Source: Octopus sinensis (Eukaryota). From it: a stretch of DNA of 64,000 nucleotides. The DNA is taken from assembly GCF_006345805.1 (NCBI RefSeq), contig NC_042998.1:28334001-28398000 (forward strand), written 5' to 3'. Shown here one piece after another: positions 1-12,356 of this stretch. The first letter of the stretch is position 1. Each line of letters begins with the position of its first letter. The notes beneath the pieces are model-generated. The model did no database searches and was not told the origin of the DNA. It was given only the letters and a program-made list of their open reading frames with translations. Made by a program: the position numbers and the translations under genes.

Positions 1-570
1 CAAGGACAAAATTACAAATATAAACAAGGACAAAATTACAAATATAAACAAGAACAAAATTACAAATATAAACAAGTACAAAATTATAAATATAAACAAG
101 GACAAAATTATAAATATAAACAAGGACAAAATTACAAATATAAACAAGGACAAAATTACAAATATAAACAAGGACAAAATTATAAATATAAACAAGTACA
201 AAATTATAAATATAAACAAGTACAAAATTATAAATATAAACAAGTACAAAATTATAAATATAAACAAGTACAAAATTACAAATATAAACAAGTACAAAAT
301 TACAAATATAAACAAGGACAAAATTATAAATATAAACAAGTACAAAATTACAAATATAACAAGGACAAAATTATAAATATAAACAAGGACAAAATTACAA
401 ATATAAACAAGGACAAAATTACAAATATAAACAAGGACAAAATTATAAATATAAACAAGGACAAAATTATAAATATAAACAAAGACAAAATTATAAATAT
501 AAACAAGGACAAAATTATAAATATAAATAACTGCAAAATTACAAATATAAACAAGAATAAATTTACAAAT
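1..570. repeat. 24-bp minisatellite (CAAGGACAAAATTAYAAATATAAA)n, about 23 copies, running off the left edge
   Basis: Unit repeats directly from base 1, with GGAC/GTAC and TAC/TAT variants and one unit 1 nt short near 358. It grades into unique sequence at about 530-570. Confidence 0.97.
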
Positions 571-1949
571 TCCAACTCGTACAAAAGTACGTATACGTTT
601 CGAAACATTGATACCGGCCAATCGCAATTCTTGTCATTACATTTAACAATACCATGGTAACATCTCTTCCCCAAATAAAATTGCAACATCGGGAAAATTA
701 ATGGAATTACATAAAAAAACAACAACAATAAAAAAAAACGTGATTTACAGAATTTAATTTTGTACAAATATGAATAAACCTCTCTTAAAATTTCATGCTA
801 AATCAATATTTTTCTCAGAGTATCAAAATTGTCGAGTTAGAAAAACTGTGGACTTTATGTCTCTGGTTATATCTAGCTCACAACCTCATTTTCCTCATAT
901 AATATTACTTAAGTCGAAGTATCGCTTCCTCCATTTCTAAAGGTGTACAGTTCGTATCAGTATTATTATAGGATCGATCATCGCGTCTTTATTTATAATG
1001 TTTACACAGCGAACGATTACTTTAATGTTCTACCGTTTCAAATATTGTTCACTATTTATAGTTTTAAAATATTTACTGTCTCAATTAAGTGTTTGTTGTC
1101 TTAGTATTCACCGTAATGGTTAAACATTTATATTATAATATTATACAGATTCGGTTCATTGACAGCTTAAATTGCAACCACGGAAAATTCGTTTTCGATC
1201 AACATATTGTGTATTCTTTGAAACTAAAATATTTCAATGCAATTTCCGTAATAAAATCCTACACATTGCATCATTTAAAAATAAACACACAAAATCAATA
1301 TAACCAGTGCTTATGTGATATATTTACACAATTTAATTTAATAGATTTCTGTTTACATTTGTCACGATACAGATTTCATTTTTGTGTCACCTTACTGCTA
1401 CAGAAACGAATTTCAAATGCAACAAGTTGGCTTTGCTTCGCAATAGGCTTCAATCGCAAGAGCAAAGAATGGGGAAGACAGACGGAATTAGTGAATTTTC
1501 AGGAAGAATATATATTTCTCAAGTGGTTTAATTTCCGAGAATTCGTTTCCTAGTTAACTGATCAACTTAATTTCTCTTTAAATAGTTTCCACTTTTTGAG
1601 ATTATGCTTCAATATTGCTGGGTCCCTGCTACATTATTTGTCACAATTGAAGCTCTCTTTGTAACGACTGAGTTGAAGAAAATATTTTTAAAAATTGAAA
1701 ATCTGTTTAGAAAAACTGAGTTCAACAAAAAACCGAGCACATTTTACAAACGAGTTTTAATTTGCATTATTATACTCTAACCATGTCAAGGTATATACTA
1801 AAATCGAATGTGTCAACTGTTTGCTATAATAACTAAATTATTCTACCACAAGAAAATATAATTAATGAAGCTTGAAGTTCACAAAATTATGACAGAATAT
1901 TGTTCAGTATTTTCTGGAGATCCCGAATCATAAGGTCAGTTACTCGGAT

Positions 1950-2158
1950 TCTATGGTGTATATGTGACCGAGATTACAACTCTTACACCAACCCCGAACG
2001 GGACATAAAATCAGTCGCGAGGTTACCTACTTACAGCTCAGTGGCCTGAAATGAAAGATTCTGCTCAAGAACACACAACACCGCGCTGTCCGGGAATCGA
2101 AACGACGACCTTATCACCATAAGTATAATACACTTAACCACTTGGCCAGCGCCTTCAC
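1950..2158 (-). mobile_element. Degenerate tRNA-headed SINE (family D)
   Basis: Minus strand reads TGAAGGCGCTGGCCAAGTGGTTAAG (A-box-like), GTTTCGATTCC (B-box-like), then GTTGTGTTCTTGAGCAG, similar to the copy at 62880-63130. Confidence 0.6.
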
Positions 2159-2591
2159 CAGCATGTTATTACGTAGATATTTTATAACGTATTGAATGAA
2201 AGGGTGGGACGTTGGAAAGTCCTGAAATTAGATTCTCTTCTGACTCTTTAGCAATACAATAAAATTAGGCTTTTATGGCTCTAAGAGGCTTTCGCTACCA
2301 AAACCACTCTGTATTCAAAATCTGCATCATCAATCGAAATGCAGTCGGTATCCATGTGGATCTACCTTTATTTTTATCATTTTATAGTTTAATGTTACTT
2401 CAAGGTATAGTACAAGTAAAATGCGTTCGACATATTTTCTAACAGTAGACGTTTAGAATCTGCTCCAAACAAACCAAAGATGGAGTTTTAGTTGCAGATG
2501 ATATTACTTCGAAAGCGGAGTAGTCTGAGAATCGTAACATAAAGTCTAAAGTCTAAATAGTTTTAGTTACGACAGCTATATTTGAGTTTAT

Positions 2592-2829
2592 AAAGGCGGC
2601 GAGCTGGCAGAAACGTTAGCACGCTGGGCGAAATGCATAGCCGTATTTCGTCTGCCGTTATGTTTTGAGTTCAAATTCCACCGAGGTCGACTTTGCCTTT
2701 CATCCTTTCGGGGTCGATAAACTAAGTACCAGTTGTGTACTGGGGTCGATGTAATCAACTTAATCCGTTTGTCTGTCCTTGTTTGTCCCCTCTGTGTTTA
2801 GCCCCTTGTGGGTAGTAAAGAAATATATG
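2592..2829 (+). mobile_element. tRNA-headed SINE family A, single unit
   Basis: Head AAGGCGGCGAGCTGGCAGAAACGTTAGC, B-box GAGTTCAAATTC, core GACTTTGCCTTTCATCCTTTCGGGGTCGATAA. The same sequence recurs more than 10 times in the window. Confidence 0.92.
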
Positions 2830-4754
2830 TTTGACTTCATAAATCACCAAGGTGAAGATTGTTTTTTCTCCATCCATGTTCGATACGATATACTGCCCGT
2901 CAGATACTGGCATCAGCAAAAGCGATCATAAAATGTACTCCAACATTTTTGGATTTCTGCTAATATTAGGAACACTGTTCTCTGTGCGCAGTGATGACGC
3001 TTTCATTTTGCAGCTAGCACACGGAAAATATTATTGTGTGAAGAAATGTTTAGTTTTTCTAAAATAATATACTAATAATTACACATTCGCACGAGCATTG
3101 AGTGTACAAATATCTTATCAGAAAAAAAAAGTAAATTTATTAGGAAAAACATTTAGAAAATTTATATTTATCTAAGAACTGTAACATTTAAACTTTATTA
3201 TAAACAATTTCCTCGGAAACCATTAACGAGTGCGCTTTTCTGTTTTTTTTAGTACATTTGGTTAGACCTTGGAGACTCAACAATGAAGCATTTAATTTTC
3301 ATAAGAATGCAAAATGAACTTTATGTTAACGACTTCCTTCTTCACGACTCGTTTCCTTGCGTATGTTTTCAGGAAAAACTATCTGCAAAATTATCATACA
3401 TAACAGACAGAAAATATTTGTTTGTGAAGGTAATATCTACACTATGAGGTTGATATTTCTACACAATGATGTTTAAAGAGTAAAGAGTACAGAAAGGATA
3501 TAAACATCTGCAGGATGCTGTAAAGACTTTCAAGCCTAACAAGGAACAAAATTTTGCGTGTGATGCAAAGTATTTTCACTCTAATGTTTCTACAAATAAA
3601 CCCCTAGGGAAGTGCACTGTTTATTATTCATTTCAAAACATTAAATCTTGGGAGAACCAAAAGAAACAGGAATGAAAAAAGAAATATTAAATTAAACAAT
3701 TTTCTTGATTTTCTTTCTTTTTAAAAGCAATTATCAAGTGAAAATCAAACAGAAATGTTGACTTAAAGTTTTATCTTCATTAGCGAAAAACCATACAAAT
3801 TCCTATGGAATTCTGAAATGTCTATCTTGAATTATCATCATAAAGCTCTATCAACAAAATGTTGATTACATATATTATTACATTTATAGTGGCGCCTCAT
3901 TCACCAAAAGGATTTTTTTTTACATATGATATTAAAGCTATGAAGCCATTTGCGATAGCGTTGTATCTCTTATCATTGCCTAACTTGTTTTGGGGTGTTT
4001 GCTATCAACATCTTTGACTGCATTGTGTTAGTTTTTAATATATTTTCTATTCAGTGCTTATACCATTCCTTAGAATAATTCAGCAGAGATATGATTATCT
4101 GTGTATTTGCCATTGTATCAGCTATTCTATTTCGGAGACAATTACTAATCAACTATAAGTCACCTACTGTTGTTGCTACTAATAATGCCTGCAGCTGCAA
4201 AAGTTGTAGTAATTCGTGTGTATTTATACTACTACAACACGTAAAGCTCTTACTACTTCCATTTTGGTTTTCACATCATGAAGGAAGGAGGTAAATGTAA
4301 AGAGATATAAGAGATTATATGCTAGTAACAAGTAATTGTGATTGAGGGGATTCGTTACTTTCGTAAGAGTTAAATGTATCACCTCACGGGATTTACCGAT
4401 TGGTTCAGGAAAGCAAATAACTGGTCATTGAGTTATGTATCATGTATAATCCATAATGTATGATAATAATCATAATGCTAATAATAATCATGTATGATCC
4501 ATCGTGTATGAGTAATAGGGAAATAGGAGCTACATCACTGATCTGCATAAGTGTAATATAGCCAACATACTTTTTGATCGAGGCACTGTCTTAGATTCGA
4601 TACGTATTACATATTAAGTGAACAAACTTTTCCAAGAATTTAAATAAATGTGCGGGGAATATTACATACATGTATATAAAGGAAAAATGATTATTGGCTC
4701 ATTGCTAACAGGTAGCAAATCATATGTATATATTGCTCTTTTTTTTTGTTTTGT

Positions 4755-5400
4755 TTTGCTTGTTTCAGTTATTTTAGTGTGGCCATATTAGGGCTCCACT
4801 TTGAAGATTTATAGTCCATCCCAGAACATTTTTAAAGTCTGGTACTTACTGTTTCACACTATTTTGCTGAACCGCTAAGTTACGGGAAAGCAAACACACC
4901 AACACCGTTTCTCAAGTGGTTATGGGGCGACAAACACAGACATAAACACACACGCTCACACACACAGATACACACACACACACATACACACACACATATA
5001 TATATATAAAGCACCATTTGAGCGTGGCCGTTTCCAGTACCGCCTGACTAGCCGTCGTGTCGGTGGCACGTAAAAGCACCCACTACACTCTCGGAGTGGT
5101 TGGCGTTAGGAAGGGCATCCAGCTGTAGAAACTCTGCCAGATCAGATTGGAGCCTGGTGCAGCTATCTGGTTCGCCAGACCTCAGTCAAATCGTCCAACC
5201 CATGCTAGCATGGAAAGCGGACGTTAAACGATGATGATGATGATAAGGATATACACAACAGGTTTCTTTCAGTTTCCATCTACCGAATCTACTCAGACTG
5301 CTTTGGTCGGCCCGAGGCTATAGCAGAAGACATTTGCCCAAGGTGCCATGCAGTGGAACAGAACCTGGAATGATGTGGTTGGGAAGCAAGGCCTACCATA
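4755..5400 (-). mobile_element. SINE family B (degenerate), interrupted at its internal (CA)/(TA) tract
   Basis: 3' half at about 4755-4945 and 5' half at about 5250-5400 match family B in reverse. Confidence 0.75.
5009..5244 (+). mobile_element. 5'-truncated retroposon with (GAT)n tail nested inside a family B SINE
   Basis: GGCACGTAAAAGCACCCACTACACTCTCGGAGTGGTTGGCGTTAGGAAGGGCATCCAGCTG...CCAACCCATGCTAGCATGGAAAGCGGACGTTAAACGATGATGATGAT. It is GC-richer than the flanks and ends in a short tandem-repeat tail. Confidence 0.7.
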
Positions 5401-6178
5401 GAAAGGAAGCTACGGGCTGGACGTAGACCTAATGATATGAATGACAAACGAAATGATGATAAATGAGGGCAACAAACAACCCCCGCTGATTGCTGTTTAC
5501 CCGAGCACATTGTTCTTTTCAAGTCTCATAATGGAGGCAACAAACCCCTTATATTTTCTCAATTCAAAAAATCTTTTATGAGGCAATAGACCTCTTACAT
5601 TTTTCAGTTAAAAATATCATTCATGAGGCAATAAAACTCTTACATTTTTCACAATATAAAGCAAGCATCTTACCACACAGCCACGCAATGAATTGCAAAT
5701 TCAATAACTCGCGCTGTTCTTAGTATTAGAAGCAGTATTTGTAGCTAGTTTGTGGTAGATTAGTGATAATATTAATGGAGAAAGACAGGAAGACAATTTG
5801 GAAATTTAAGTATTAAAATTATCTCACTAATTGACTGAACGTCTTTATTTCATTTGTTATATATATTTTGGAGTTATGTTCCTTGTTTTTTCTTGTTTTT
5901 AACCAGAATTAATCATGAGGATAATACTTCTGTTTTTCCGACAGGTATAATAAATATTATTAATTAAAATCCTTTTGTTTACAACATTAAAGTAAGTCAT
6001 CGGCGAATTAATTAACTGCTCGTCACGTGCCAGATGATATGCTTAGTTAATTTACCTCGGTTATTGTTATCACACTAATGAATGTTTGATATCCTTAACT
6101 CTTTAAATCTATTTTATATTAGATCTGGCAAAAACAAAAGAAAATCAGTAAATGCTCTATACATATGATGAGCTATAG

Positions 6179-6773
6179 TAATACTTTCTATTGAAAGCAC
6201 AATGCCTGAAATTTTGAGGGAAGAGGTTAGGCGATTATATCGAACCCCGTGTTTCACCGGTACTTAATTTATGAAGCAGTAAGGATGAAAGGCAATGTCG
6301 AGCTCGGCGGAATTTGTACTCAAAACGTAAGGACGGACAAACTGCCACTATGCATTTTGCTCGGCGTGCTAACAATTCTTTTCTACACTAGTCACAAGGC
6401 CCGAAATTTGTGGGGAGGGGCCAGTCGATTACATTCAACCTAGTACGCAACTGGTACTTAATTTATCGTCCCCGAAAGGATGAAAGGTAAAGTCGACCTC
6501 AGCGGAATTTGAACTCAGAACGTAAAGACAGACGAAATACCTATTTCTTTATTACCCACAAGGAGCTAAACACAGAGGGGACAAACAAGGACAGACATAG
6601 GTATTAAGTCGATTACAACGACTCCAGTGCGTAACTGGTACTTAATTTATCGACCCCGAAAGGATGAAAGGCAAAGTCGACCTCGGCGAAATTTGAACTC
6701 AGAACGTAACGGCAGACGAAATACCACTAAGCATTTCTCCCAGAGTGCTAACATTTCTGCCAGCACGCCGCCT
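6179..6773 (-). mobile_element. SINE family A, compound (adjacent copies / multimer)
   Basis: Three reverse-complement copies of the GGATGAAAGGCAAAGTCGACCTCGGCGGAATTTGAACTC core; the head is at the right end. Confidence 0.9.
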
Positions 6774-7068
6774 CATAATGAATTATAATAATATGGAAAC
6801 ATTTGCAGAGTTGCTAATATACTTAACAAGATAGGACTTAATCCCCACTGCAAGCTCTTATTCAATATTATCTTAATTCAGATTTGAGATTTGTGCATTA
6901 CCTTTTCTTCTACACAATTATTCATTAAGCTGACGTGTTTTTGTTACCTGCAACCGTTTTGATTTTCATTAACTATACTGATTTGAATCCTTAAGTTAAG
7001 TGTATTAACATCGATTTACCTGTCCCCGAAGAATGCATATCGTATAGAATACTGGAATAATTGGCTTA

Positions 7069-7222
7069 GTGGGTGAGTGGTAAGTAGCTTGCTTACGAGT
7101 CACATGGTTCCGGGTTCAGTTCCACTGCGTGGCACCTTGGGCAAGTGGTTTCTGCTATAGCCTCGAGCCGACCAAAGCCTTGTGAGTGGATTTATCAGAT
7201 GGAAAATGAAAGAAGCCCGTCG

Positions 7223-7265
<43 letters not shown>

Positions 7266-7492
7266 ATGTGTGTGTGTGTATGTTTATGCGTCTCTGTTTG
7301 TACCCCCCAACATCACTTGAAAACCGATGCTGGTGCGTTTACGTCCCCCGTAACTTGGCGGTTCGGCAAAAGAGACTGATAGTGCTAGGCTTCCAAAGAA
7401 TAAGTCCTGGTGTTGATTTGCTCGACGAAAGGCGGTGCTCCGGCATGGCCACAGTCAAATGACAGAAACAAGTAAAAGAGTAAAAAAAGAAA
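7069..7492 (+). mobile_element. SINE family B (tRNA head, CCTTGGGCAAGTG core, internal microsatellite, GTAAAAGA tail)
   Basis: GTGGTAAGTAGCTTGCT...GGTTCAGTTCCACTGCGTGGCACCTTGGGCAAGTG...GGCGGTGCTCCGGCATGGCCACAGTCAAATGAC...GTAAAAGAGTAAAA. The core resembles the CORE-SINE domain (inference). Confidence 0.92.
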
Positions 7493-8427
7493 AAAAAATC
7501 TAATTTACGCCCCTTTCTGATCAGCATGCTTGTTCATTCCCCTCACCAACAGGCCATGAAAGTATTGGGGGAATTATATAAGAAGGATATTACTCGAAGT
7601 CCTTTCTCACATTCATGTTTCGTAATCTAATAATAATCTGATCATTTCGTTCTATCCAAATGCACCAAACGTGCTTTTCTTTGAACCATTTCAGATGTGC
7701 AAACATGCAAGTATTATCATGTACAATTTAGCAGCAGAATCTTTTCCTGGAAACATACAGCTTTTATTCTTCCCGTCAACTCTAAAATATTACAACCGTT
7801 CAATCATTATCACGCACTCCGCTATTGATGTTCACCAACATTTTCTTGCTTATTCGGTAAGTAGGTGTCAATATATTTAAGTTACGGAGCATTAAGAAAA
7901 AAAACAAACAAAAACAGAATACAATATTTGTAGCAAAAAAAAACAAAGTTGATGAATAATGTGTTTCCTTTTTTCTTCCCCACCTCGCTGACAAAAACAG
8001 GAGACAACATTGAATATATTTCCGAATCGCTGAACACTATCAGTGACGTGTAACTCATCGCAACTTGTCAAAGTCGTATCCATCGAATTGCTAAGTAAAT
8101 ATACAGGAATGCATATTTGTTGGCGTGGAAATATAAAATTGCTTAAAACGTTGTTTACCGAAGACTCTCTGATTATATTGCTTGGAGGAAGCGGTTTGGG
8201 AATCGTTAATCCTCGAGAGGTCGGTGCCGTGATTAATTCTTCTGTTGATGTTGTTTACGGAGATTGATTGCTTTGTTACAAAACTCATCCAAAAACTACA
8301 ATTCCATTTCAGATTTAGCAAGAAGAAAATCGTTTTTCCGAAGATTGTTAAGACATTCGATTACTTCTATCTAGTCGGTGGATCAAGTCGGCAGAAGGAA
8401 AATGCCGGGAAGCTTGCCAGTTCTTTC

Positions 8428-8466
8428 AACAACAACAACAACAACAACAGCAACAGCAGCAGCAGC

Positions 8467-8506
<40 letters not shown>

Positions 8507-8550
8507 GCAACCACAACAGCAACAGCAACAGCAACAACAACAACAACACA

Positions 8551-8595
<45 letters not shown>

Positions 8596-8598
8596 GAC
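8428..8598. repeat. Compound trinucleotide microsatellite (CAA/CAG)n-(ACT)n
   Basis: Read directly from the sequence. Confidence 0.97.
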
Positions 8599-9145
8599 AC
8601 TATTTTTGTACTGCTTTCCTTTCTACTATTACTGCGATCACTAGTACTGCTGCTGTTGTTGTTGTTAAGCAACAAGACGGGTAAGGGTGATTAGGTGATG
8701 GTCTAGGGCTTAGGAGCGGGAGACCCCAGTCCTTGGAAACAAAAGAAAAACTTTGGTCGTCTTGTTGTAGTCGAGGGCTCTTCGTTGACGCCCGACACCA
8801 CTGGAAGGTGGCCCTCGAAGTTGCTGGAAATGGAGATCTCCAGGTCCAAATTCTTGGACGGCTGCTGCTGCTTCTACTTCTACTACTTCTACGACTTCTT
8901 TTCTGAGTTTGTCAGAAAGGGGACCAAACCGAATGCACCAATACCGGTCCTTAACCTAGTACTTACTTTTTCGATTCCGAAGGGATGAAAGGCAAAACAG
9001 ACATTGAATGAATTTTACTGAGAATGGAAAGAACCAGAAGTAACGCTGCGAAGTATTTTAACTAACAAGCTAATGAGTCATGCCAACCTGCCACTTTTGC
9101 TGCTGCTGCTGCTGCACCTTCCCCCTCCTCCTCCTCCTCCTCCTC

Positions 9146-9183
<38 letters not shown>

Positions 9184-9212
9184 GATAATAATAATAATAA
9201 TAATAATAATAT

Positions 9213-9343
9213 GTGTCGCGCACATGTGGCTGTGATGCATGTGCCTAGTGTGCCCTTATCGGACGGGTAGTCATGATGGGCATACGGGGCTTCGAAAATT
9301 TTACCCCAGTGTCATTTTGATGACATGCACTACTCTCTCACTC
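9213..9343 (+). mobile_element. (AAT)n-embedded element, 3' ~130 bp
   Basis: Matches the right end of 20412-20968 (..CCCCAGTGTCATTTTGATGACATGCACTACTCTCTCACTC) and is preceded by (AAT)n. Confidence 0.9.
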
Positions 9344-9357
9344 AATACTACTAGAAT

Positions 9358-9389
<32 letters not shown>

Positions 9390-9463
9390 GTAATAATAAT
9401 AATAATAATAATAATAATAGTGAGCACAATAATAATAATAATGATGATGATATTATTATTATT

Positions 9464-9493
9464 ACTTTGATAGCATGCATTGCTTTCTCACTC
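9464..9493 (+). mobile_element. (AAT)n-embedded element, 30-bp terminal remnant
   Basis: ACTTTGATAGCATGCATTGCTTTCTCACTC versus ACTTTGATGGCATGCACTGCTCTCTCACTC in the longer copies. Confidence 0.75.
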
Positions 9494-10564
9494 AATAAAA
9501 AAAAAAATAATAATAAGAAGAAGAAATTGTATTCCTTGAAAATGTTTCGGGATAAACCTGACTTATAAGAAATCTGGAAAATAGTCCTACGCAATACGGC
9601 CCACACTCAACTTGTCCTTGTAATCTATATTCTCGAAATCTTTAGCATTTCTTTTTTTAAGACAACAGAACCGGAAGCTTTGTTGCACAATAACGTTAAT
9701 CTACAATGCTTGCCCTCGGCGACTGATTGGCGCCCGACAGGTATTTGTTATCCAGACGATATCAAATAAAATAATGATTCTAATAATATCACTAATGATG
9801 GCTATTTCTTTTATTTGCCGTAGGGTCACCAGATGAAGCGGTTGTTACAAGGACGGTTTGCATTATGGATGGGTTTTTACGCACAAAAAAAAAATACGCA
9901 AAGAAGGGAGAGTGGGTGAGAGACAGAATGTTATGCATTATTTACAAAATCTGTGAAAACAAGGCAGTCCCCTTCTGCTGGAGGGCGTACATTTAGAGAC
10001 AATCACACAGCTCATATAGCCAGGATCTACTTGACTAGCGAGAGTATAAGTCCTCCCTCACAGCTGTGTTTCAATCTACAGGCATATGTTTAAACTAGTT
10101 CCATTCATATTAAATGTTTTCTCCCACACTCAACCATCTTGCCGTAATTTTGCTCACTCGGTATTTTGAATAATGTTCAAACGGTCTGCCAGCTAGCCAT
10201 CTTTAATACTTGTTTCTAACGTAGGCACAAGATCTGAAATTCGGAGAGAAGATTAACCTAACTAACCATTTCAAGCACAGAAGAATGAAAGGCAGAAAAG
10301 TGACTGCATTGACAGGTGATTTCAGAATGTAAAGGGTTGGAACAAATACGACAAGACAATTTGTTCAATGTCCACACGATTTTAACGACCGGACATACTC
10401 AATTTCTGCAACAACAAAACAAAAACACGAACAACAACAACAACAACAATTCTGTCTATTATAGGCTCAAAGCTGTATTGATATCCTAGCCTCTCCAAGA
10501 TGTAAGCAAAGCGACGAAAGCCTCACAACCTTGTTTTCAAAAGAGCCAATGATATGAGCAAGGT

Positions 10565-10598
10565 GTTTCGGACAGAATATGGAGTAAAACCTCATCAG
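10565..10598 (-). ncRNA. Hammerhead-ribozyme core relic
   Basis: Minus strand CTGATGA-GG...CC-GAAAC. Both catalytic boxes are canonical, but helices I and III are not recognisable. Confidence 0.3.
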
Positions 10599-10714
10599 TC
10601 AAGCCTTCTTCAACTTTTCCTCTGACCATTTGAGAAACAAATAATGTAGAGTATAGAGAAATTGCTAACTTCTACTAATTTTGCTGAGACATCTGAGTGA
10701 ACCATATCAGGCCA

Positions 10715-10895
10715 GTTACCTCCGGAGGACAATTATCACCCCCCAGCGAAATTCTCCCCGACGACAACTACCCCTGGGACAATTCCCCCTGGTTAATTAC
10801 ACCCTTTCTAATATATTAAGAAGTTTTAAATCATCCTCTGTTGTCCACAGGGGTAATTGTCCTTGAGGGTTTAGTGTCCATGATCAAATGTCCTA
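10715..10895. mobile_element. Possible MITE-like DNA element remnant
   Basis: GC-rich; GGACAATT motifs at about 10727 and 10777, with the inverted counterpart GGGGTAATTGTCC at about 10850. Confidence 0.35.
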
Positions 10896-11241
10896 GATTC
10901 GTGAGAACAGCCAGTCTGGTGTGGCTGAATAGTTTCAATTTTAATTTTCATCTATAATTTTTGGGTACCAGAAAAGACGAAGGCACTTACTTTAGTGTTG
11001 AAAAGTATATAAAATATTGTGGAGTGATCTATTTTATCATCGGTGATTGACCCCTACAAGAGAAAATAAACATCATTTATTCTCACCGTCTTATACTTTA
11101 TTCGTTTTCTCAACGATAGATGTGTTATGTTTCGTTCGCCGTAAAACATTATCCAGTTCGAATCTGTCCTTAACGACACGTTAGTGGCACTTGTGGCGGA
11201 TCGATTTTCCTTTACATCACCGCCATCTTTATCATCAACTA

Positions 11242-11242
11242 G

Positions 11243-11280
<38 letters not shown>

Positions 11281-11390
11281 CTTCTTCTTCTTCTTCTTCT
11301 TCTTCTTCTTCTTCTTCTTCTTCCTCTTCTGCTTCGTCTTCTCCTCCTCCTCCTCCTTCTTCTTCTTTTTCTTCTTCTTCTTCTTCTGCC
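11242..11390. repeat. (GTT)n-(CTT)n compound microsatellite
   Basis: Read directly from the sequence. Confidence 0.97.
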
Positions 11391-11496
11391 TAGTAGTAGT
11401 AGTATTAGTCGTATGGTATTGAGCTGTCAGAATCGTTTGCATTTGTGGAAGAACTAGCATAGCTGCGTTAGCTTAGAGAGGTTATACAAGCTCATG

Positions 11497-11528
<32 letters not shown>

Positions 11529-11732
11529 CAATTGCAACGCGGAGGGTGTTTATAAGTCATTTCAAAGCACACAAAGACCCTTAGATTTGATATGCACGGA
11601 AATTTGTCAGCGAACAGCTCACGTTCTCAAACCTCTCAAAATATTCTGGCAAATTAAATTTAAATGTTGAAATTAATCTAACGGTTTTTGTGTGTTTTTA
11701 AATGGCTTATAAACACCTTCAGGCCGCAATTG
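11529..11732. repeat. Nested inverted repeat: ~58-bp outer arms plus 10-bp inner arms
   Basis: 11529-11587 pairs with 11675-11732; AATTTGTCAG (11601-11610) pairs with CTGGCAAATT (11646-11655). Confidence 0.9.
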
Positions 11733-11842
11733 TTTTCGTTTCAGCACACGATCTCAGATTAGGTCACTTGCTATGCAAGTACATCTCCGTAATATATATG
11801 CATGACTGCTGTCAAATTAGTATAACATGTAAAAGAATAAAA

Positions 11843-11886
<44 letters not shown>

Positions 11887-11892
11887 TTATTT

Positions 11893-12107
11893 TATTCTTT
11901 TACATGTTATAGTCATTTGACTGCAGCCATGCTGGAGCACCGCCTTTAGTCGAGCAAATCGACTCCAGGACTTATTCATTGTAAGCTTAGTACTTATTAT
12001 ATCGGCCTCTTTTGCCGAACAGCAAAAGTTGTCAAGCGATGTTCTGGGTGGGTACAAACACAAATACACACACACACATATTCATATATACATATATACA
12101 TACATAT

Positions 12108-12199
<92 letters not shown>

Positions 12200-12356
12200 T
12201 ACGGCCTTCATTCAGTTTCTGTCTACCATATCTATTCACTAGGCATTGATCGGGCCGAGGCTATAGTAGAAGACACTTGCCCAAGGTGCCGCGCAGTGGG
12301 ACTGAACCCGGGACCATGTGGTTTCTAAGCAAGCTACTTACCACACAGCCACTCCT
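11893..12356 (-). mobile_element. SINE family B, full length
   Basis: Reverse complement of family B from tail to head (..ACCACACAGCCACTCCTA), with an internal (TACA)/(TA) tract. Confidence 0.93.

Noticed and set aside
1089-1553. 154-aa plus-strand ORF
   Set aside because: GTG start, composition mirrors the AT-rich DNA, no recognisable motif and no splice context.
3880-4294. Hydrophobic short ORFs suggesting a receptor pseudogene
   Set aside because: T-rich sequence gives hydrophobic translations by default, and the frames are short and inconsistent.
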